From Chromera velia (Eukaryota), in NCBI GenBank assembly GCA_018398765.1, contig JAHBMJ010000231.1, positions 1 through 53,376 on the forward strand: a DNA stretch of 53,376 nucleotides, given 5' to 3'. Position 1 is the first letter of the stretch; each line of letters opens with the position of its first letter. The notes beneath the pieces are model-generated. The model saw nothing but the letters and a program-made list of their open reading frames with translations. It ran no database searches and was not told the DNA's origin. Below are positions 47,950 through 53,376 of this stretch, piece after piece. The position numbers were made by a program, and so were the translations under genes.

Positions 47950-49048
47950 TGACAGACAAGGTGGATTTTGTGATGTGGCTTCTGCAATTCTGGGGCCCCA
48001 GAAAGGATGAACTCCGAGGCACAGATGCCTGGAGAGGGAGTGCTCTCCAGAAGTAACGACAGACGGATGTCGTCCAACACTACCAGGCGGTAGGGGAAAC
48101 AGACGTCTAGAAGTACGTCATCAACAACGTTCCTTTTTTGTGTGACAAGCTCACTGACAGGGATGAGATGTCGAAATTCGCTAGAGAAGCGAAGGACCTA
48201 GACCTCCCTCTAGAGGAAGACTGGTTAAAGTCTTACCTTAAAAGGGAAACAGTTTCCAAGCTCCTGCAGCAGAGGGTCTTCAACATCCAGAAGGTTTGCC
48301 GGGAAGTTGAGGGGAGGGACGGTATTCTCTCCGATGATGTGAAGGCAGTATAGAAGGCCGTACTGAGCCTCTTCCAACGTTTGGAGGCAGATGAGAGTGT
48401 GCTTGCAGACCTAAACACGTTGCTGTCTATGACACAGTCCCTTCAGGAGGGGCCAGGAACCTTCCAGCTGCCACGGGAGCGACAGTGAAAGTGAAAGAGG
48501 AGGAAACGGGGGGTGGTTTAGGTGTGTACCCTTCTGAGACATCTTTCTCCTCTGCAGTGCAGCTGCTCGGTCCGTACCCCGTGCTCTCTCCCCCTCTGGA
48601 GAGGGGGAGAGCAGCTGGAGCATAAGGGCCCAGTGAGAGTGGAGGGGTGCAAGCCTACACCGAGCAGAACGTCGCAGAGATTGAGCAGCTAGGAGAGGAA
48701 GTGACTGCTCTATTGAAAGAGCTGGAGACTTTGAACTTCACCCAGGTTGGCTTCAAGGCCGAGATCAAGAAGTTCGACGAGGCAAGTGATGAGTCTTCAG
48801 AAGAAGAAGAGGATGTGAACCAACTCATGGGAGCAGCTCTGGAAGACTTTAAGGCAATAAAAAAGTCTCTTGCCAAGCAGAAGGCTGCCAAGCAGAGGAA
48901 GAAGGAGATGAAAGGAAAGAGGAAGCAGGTGGAGCAGATGGATGTGGAGATTGCGACCAAGCATGATCTTTGCACTAGTCCTTGCAGGAAAAGAAGGTCG
49001 TCGTTTGGGAGTTTCTGCGAATGTAAACGTATTGTGCCCTCAGGCCTA
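47950..49048 (+). pseudogene. Decayed coding sequence (helical/coiled-coil with Cys-rich end), origin unknown
   Basis: Protein-like ORFs 48138-48353 and 48647-49048 separated by stops. Ends in CTSPCRK...FCECK before an AT-rich insertion. Confidence 0.4.
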
Positions 49049-49624
49049 GGGCCTGGCACTTATATTGGGTTACAGGTTTCAACACCCCCTATACATAAGG
49101 GTATACCCCCCTGTAATGTTACCCTTACTTCAAAAGTGGTCCCAATCGATCAATCTCATCAGGTTACGTCTAAAAATATTGAAAACATCTTCTATTGATT
49201 GAGGTTATATGAGAAACTGACAAAAAACGATATGTCCCTTTCACTTTGTAGCCAAACCCCTTGTAACCTTGTAACCTGTAACCTAAAATGACCCTCTTTA
49301 AAAGTGATGTAACCTTCGTCTACATGCATTTTAAAGTGTTTTTGAAGTAATTTAAAGAGTTTTTGAAAGTTGACTTTTTAGTCGGTTATGGACCTCAAGA
49401 CCCCCTGTAACCTTGTAACCTGTAACCTTACAAGGGAACATATATAATAAGGGGTATAACCTCATGTAACCACATAAGCTATACAGTAAAAGTGATTAAT
49501 TTTGAAGTAACTCAACATGCCGGACCTCCAGCTTATCTGAAAAGCTCGTCCAAATGTTTTTTGGTTCATTTTTTATGTTATTTTTGCACTTGTAACCCTA
49601 TATAAGCCCAAGAGTGCCCCCCCC
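49049..49624. mobile_element. MITE-like AT-rich element with imperfect TIRs and GTAACC repeats
   Basis: CTTATATTGGGTTACAGG near the left end versus CTTGTAACCCTATATAAG near the right end. CTAG at both junctions. Internal TGTAACCTTGTAACCTGTAACCT occurs twice. Confidence 0.55.
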
Positions 49625-50643
49625 TAGCCTCAAGCTGGCAGGCCATGGTGTTTTTGACTGCTAAATCCATTCTTTTGGGAAAGGTGAGGAAAACTTCTTT
49701 CTTTGATACCTTTTTTGCTTGCACCCTGCAGCTTTTCGGCGTCCAGTAGCATGAACAAACATCTACAAGCGTGCATCTTTTCTACTAGTCCGTCCTTGTT
49801 CCATTATCGGCTCGTGTCGTCTGTCCCTTGGTGCTTTTGTTACTTCATGCTTCTGTTGTTACTTCATGCTTCGACCGATTGTCCATCCACCCCTTCATGG
49901 TTCTTTCATGGCTGCCCTTTGTGTGTGTGTATGTGTATGCGTGTAGCTCTTTTTCTACCTTCACCCGTTTTTAGGCCCCCTCCCAAATTTTGTTCACCCC
50001 CTCTTGGAGTATCGTCGGCCTCCGTCTCATCTATCTTTTCACGCTTCTGTCTTTTCGTTTGCCTGTGCCCCTTCACCTGTTTCCATGGCGCTGTCGTGCA
50101 GGAGCCGTTCCTTTTTCTTCGTTGGCCTCTTTTTCTCTTCGAGCGTCTTCTGTGTGGCTTGTCTCTCCATACTTCATCCACCTCTTTTTCTTCTCCCCTT
50201 TGGGTTTCTACTCAGATGCCCTTATGACGTTTGCCGCACTGCTTCCTGATATCAGCCTGCAGTAAGTGTGGCCCCTGGCTAGCTCTTGTGCAGCCCGTGC
50301 TGCCACCACGTCTTCAACGCAGAGCCGGCAGCAAGCGGTTCTACCTGTAGGTCTCTGTCCATCTCTGCATCGTTATTCCTATAAAAGTGATTCGTTTCTT
50401 TTTAGTATGCACGCTCTCCATACCCTTCACTGTTCTGTCCTTTTTGGCTGTTTCACTTTATCCATCTCCGCGTCGGTGCTCTTTTTTATGCTGTCTCTGC
50501 AGTGCTGACAGGGCGTTACGGTATCGACCGCCGTGCAAAGGATGGCTATCCACAAGAATCAGGGATGTGCGCTACTTTACGATGGTGTTGGCTGAGATGA
50601 AGATTCCGCCGTTTCATGCTTCCTTTGTGCTCTTTCGCTCTCG

Positions 50644-52198
50644 AACTGACTGTACTGACAATTGAAACTTTTGTACTAGAAAGTGACTTTTAATTTTCTA
50701 TGTATCACACTAAATTTTATATAAAAAACTAAGTCTTTAAAGCATTTAGAATGATTCTATTTATTGTTTTTTACCTGCATGAAAGTATGAACAACTTTTA
50801 AAGATAAGGTTTAATGGGTTTGTGGTGTGTATGTTAGAAAATTTTTTAATTGTTGGACGTGAGTGAGGTGAAAGAGTTATAGTATGTTGATATATTGGGG
50901 AGTGATTGCAGACTCTACAGATATATGACAATGTGCAGCGTAATGCACAAACAAGCTAACTTTTACTTCTAATGGAATATACCGAATCTGCACACTGATG
51001 TAAGGAGGGAGCACACAGTGGGCAACCCCTATAAAAGGTAAGAATGAATGTCCGCAAACAGATCTACCGATTTGACACCCACAGAAAGCAGTTTAACCAA
51101 ACAAATGTTGAGTACTATGACCGTATAAGAGGTAAATGCTTAGCTTCTGAAAGCCTGATCGATCCATGGCCTCTAGCTAGAGGGCCTTGCCCACGATCGG
51201 CCATCATAGCGTTCTTGTTTTTTCTAGATGAGGCCCGGCACTGGCCACTGGGTCTTAGTCCACCCAGGAGCCCTACCTCCAAATTCTCGTGCAAACAAGA
51301 GCTGCGCCTCACTCCCACAACTTTAGATCACCCGAGATTACCAGCCGTAATGTTTCCTCATGAAACCATGCACCTGGTACAGACTTGTCTTATAGATTGA
51401 TCGTTCAATATCGATAACTTCTCTCCTTGTCAGTGCGCATTGATTGACTGATCGATCGATTGATTTAATTCTGCCTTCTTGTAACTGACTGTACTGATAA
51501 TTGAAACTTTTATACTAGAAAGTGACTTTTAATTTTCTATATATCACACTAAATTTTATATAAAAAACTAAGTCTTTGAAGCACTTAGAATGATTCTATT
51601 TATTGTTTCTTACCTGTATGAAAGTATGAACAACTTTTAAAGATAAGGTTTAATGGGTTTGTGGTGTGTATGTTGGAAATTGTTGGACGTGAGTGAGGTG
51701 AAAGAGTTATAGTATGTTGATATATCGGGGAGTGATTGCAAACTCTGCAGGCATATGATAATGCGCAGTATAATGCACAAACAAGCTAACTTTTACTTCT
51801 AATGGAATACGCCGAATCCGCATACTGATGTAAGGAGGGAGCACACAGCGGGCAACCTCCATGAAAGGTAAGAATGAATGTTCGCAAACAGATCTGCTGA
51901 TTTAACTCCCACAGAAAGCAGTTCAACCAAACAAATGTTGAGCACTATGACCGTGCAAAAGGTAAATGCTTAGCTGCTGAAAGCCTGATCGATCCATGGC
52001 CTCTAGCCAGAGGGCTTTGCCCACGACTGGCCATCATAGCGTTCTTGTTTTTTCTGGGTGAGACCCGGCACTGGCCACTGGGTCTTAGTCCACCCAGGAG
52101 CCCTACCTCCAAATTCTCATGCAAACAAGAGCTGCACCTCACTCCTACAACTTCAGATCACCCGAGATTACCAGCCGTAATGCTTTTTCACGAAACCC
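50644..52198. repeat. Direct duplication of about 720 bp (50644-51367 and 51483-52198)
   Basis: Both copies start AACTGACTGTACTGA and end CCAGCCGTAATG...GAAACC. They are collinear with mostly transition differences. Confidence 0.92.
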
Positions 52199-53110
52199 AA
52201 GCACCGACAAACGGTCCTCCGAGAAAGGCTTAGTCTGACCTGCAGCACAGATATGCAAAAATTCATAAAGTGGCTCACCTTCTGGCCACCCAGAGCTGGC
52301 CTTCTCATCCAGAAAGCCTTTCCAGCTCATCATTTAGAGCTTGTAAGAGCGCACGCACAGAAAAGATTCAATGGAAGCTTTACTGGGGCAACTTCGTAGG
52401 CCCCTTTACGGGCCGTGCCCTTCGTAATGGAAGATCGAAATTGCCCTCTCAGGGCAACCAGTAGAGTGAATGTCATAAACCCAAGAAAAAGCAAAGAAGC
52501 CAATCCTCTGGGCTTTCGATAAAGCCTACTTTCATCGCTGGAGAGCAAGTCTGTGTGATGGGAGAGAGGCGGCACTAGGTCTTGCTCTGATCAACTTGAA
52601 ACATTCGACGGAAAGCCGATTTTGGGAGCCGATTTTAGATTGGCCAACCATGTGATAGCCCCGGAAGGCAAGCTACACGTTGCGGGCCAGGGCCTGGCCG
52701 GCCACCAAGGCCAAAAAGCACTTCACGGCTGCGCGCTGACCCATCAAAATGCCGATCTGAAAAATTTTCAGTCAGGTCTTCAGAAAGTTCTCCTCCACTC
52801 AGAAAGTCGGGTCAACAGAATGGGCCTCTATCCACAAAATTTCATTGTCAAGCGTTCCATTGGATTGTATTGGAAGGCTTGACAACGACGAAATTGTGTT
52901 CAGCTTGTTGTTCCAGAACCTTATTTTTGGAGGGGTTACAGATTCCGGAGTTTTGTACCCCTCCGGTATCTGTGTTAGCTGGACACCTCTGATTGCTCGT
53001 GGGAGTGGTTGCCTCGGTGCAAAGGAGTTGTCCGACAACTAGAAGGGTTGTCGGACTGGTTTGGGTCGCTCAATCAGGTCAGTTCGTTTTGTGTTGTTCT
53101 ACCAGCAACA

Positions 53111-53336
53111 AGGGGGGGTGGACCCTTTCGCAGGGGTACGAAACGACCCAATTTCATACCCCTGGTGGAGGGGGGGGGTCCGACCTGCTCTGTAGGTTTG
53201 CGTCCAAAATGTGTCTAGGAAACACTCCTAGATACATTTTGGACGTAAACCTACAGAGCAGGTCGGACCCCCCCCCTCCACCAGGGGTACAAAATTGGGT
53301 CGTTTCGTACCCCTGCGAGAGGGTCCACTCCCCCCT
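53111..53336. repeat. Long inverted repeat (arms about 110 bp, 5-nt loop AACAC), foldback or MITE-like
   Basis: ...GTCCAAAATGTGTCTAGGA-AACAC-TCCTAGATACATTTTGGAC..., with pairing extending to GGGGTGGACCCT / AGGGTCCACTCC. Confidence 0.92.
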
Positions 53337-53376
53337 CCCAGTGAAGGAATTAAAAAAATCTTGTTTGCAGAGATGA

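Overview
Eukaryotic, microsatellite-rich genomic window with GT-AG introns. The KNTF/CCCH gene family and CAGA/CCTT-rich introns suggest an alveolate, probably a chromerid (inference only). Host genes: a head-to-head paralogous pair of CCCH zinc-finger genes (2.5-7.4 kb) and a 5-exon low-complexity gene on the minus strand (41.8-46.2 kb). The middle is a nested transposon stack. A decayed minus-strand LINE-like element (about 13.5-34.3 kb) carries an ORF1-like region, a NAC-alpha/HYPK-type UBA-like motif, two tandem chromodomain-like repeats and an APE endonuclease. It is interrupted by a 14.9-kb Ty1/copia LTR retrotransposon (15484-30394, TSD AGAAG, TG..CT ends). That element has gag, protease-like region, integrase, a degenerate dUTPase-like domain, extra unknown domains, RT and RNase H, and a 670-bp TIR element sits in its gag. 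A block of satellites with an assembly gap follows, then a hAT deletion derivative, further MITE-like elements, a tandem duplication and a long palindrome. The best candidates for novelty are the chromodomain/UBA-bearing LINE and the dUTPase-like domain in a copia polyprotein. All domain calls are by eye and need profile searches.
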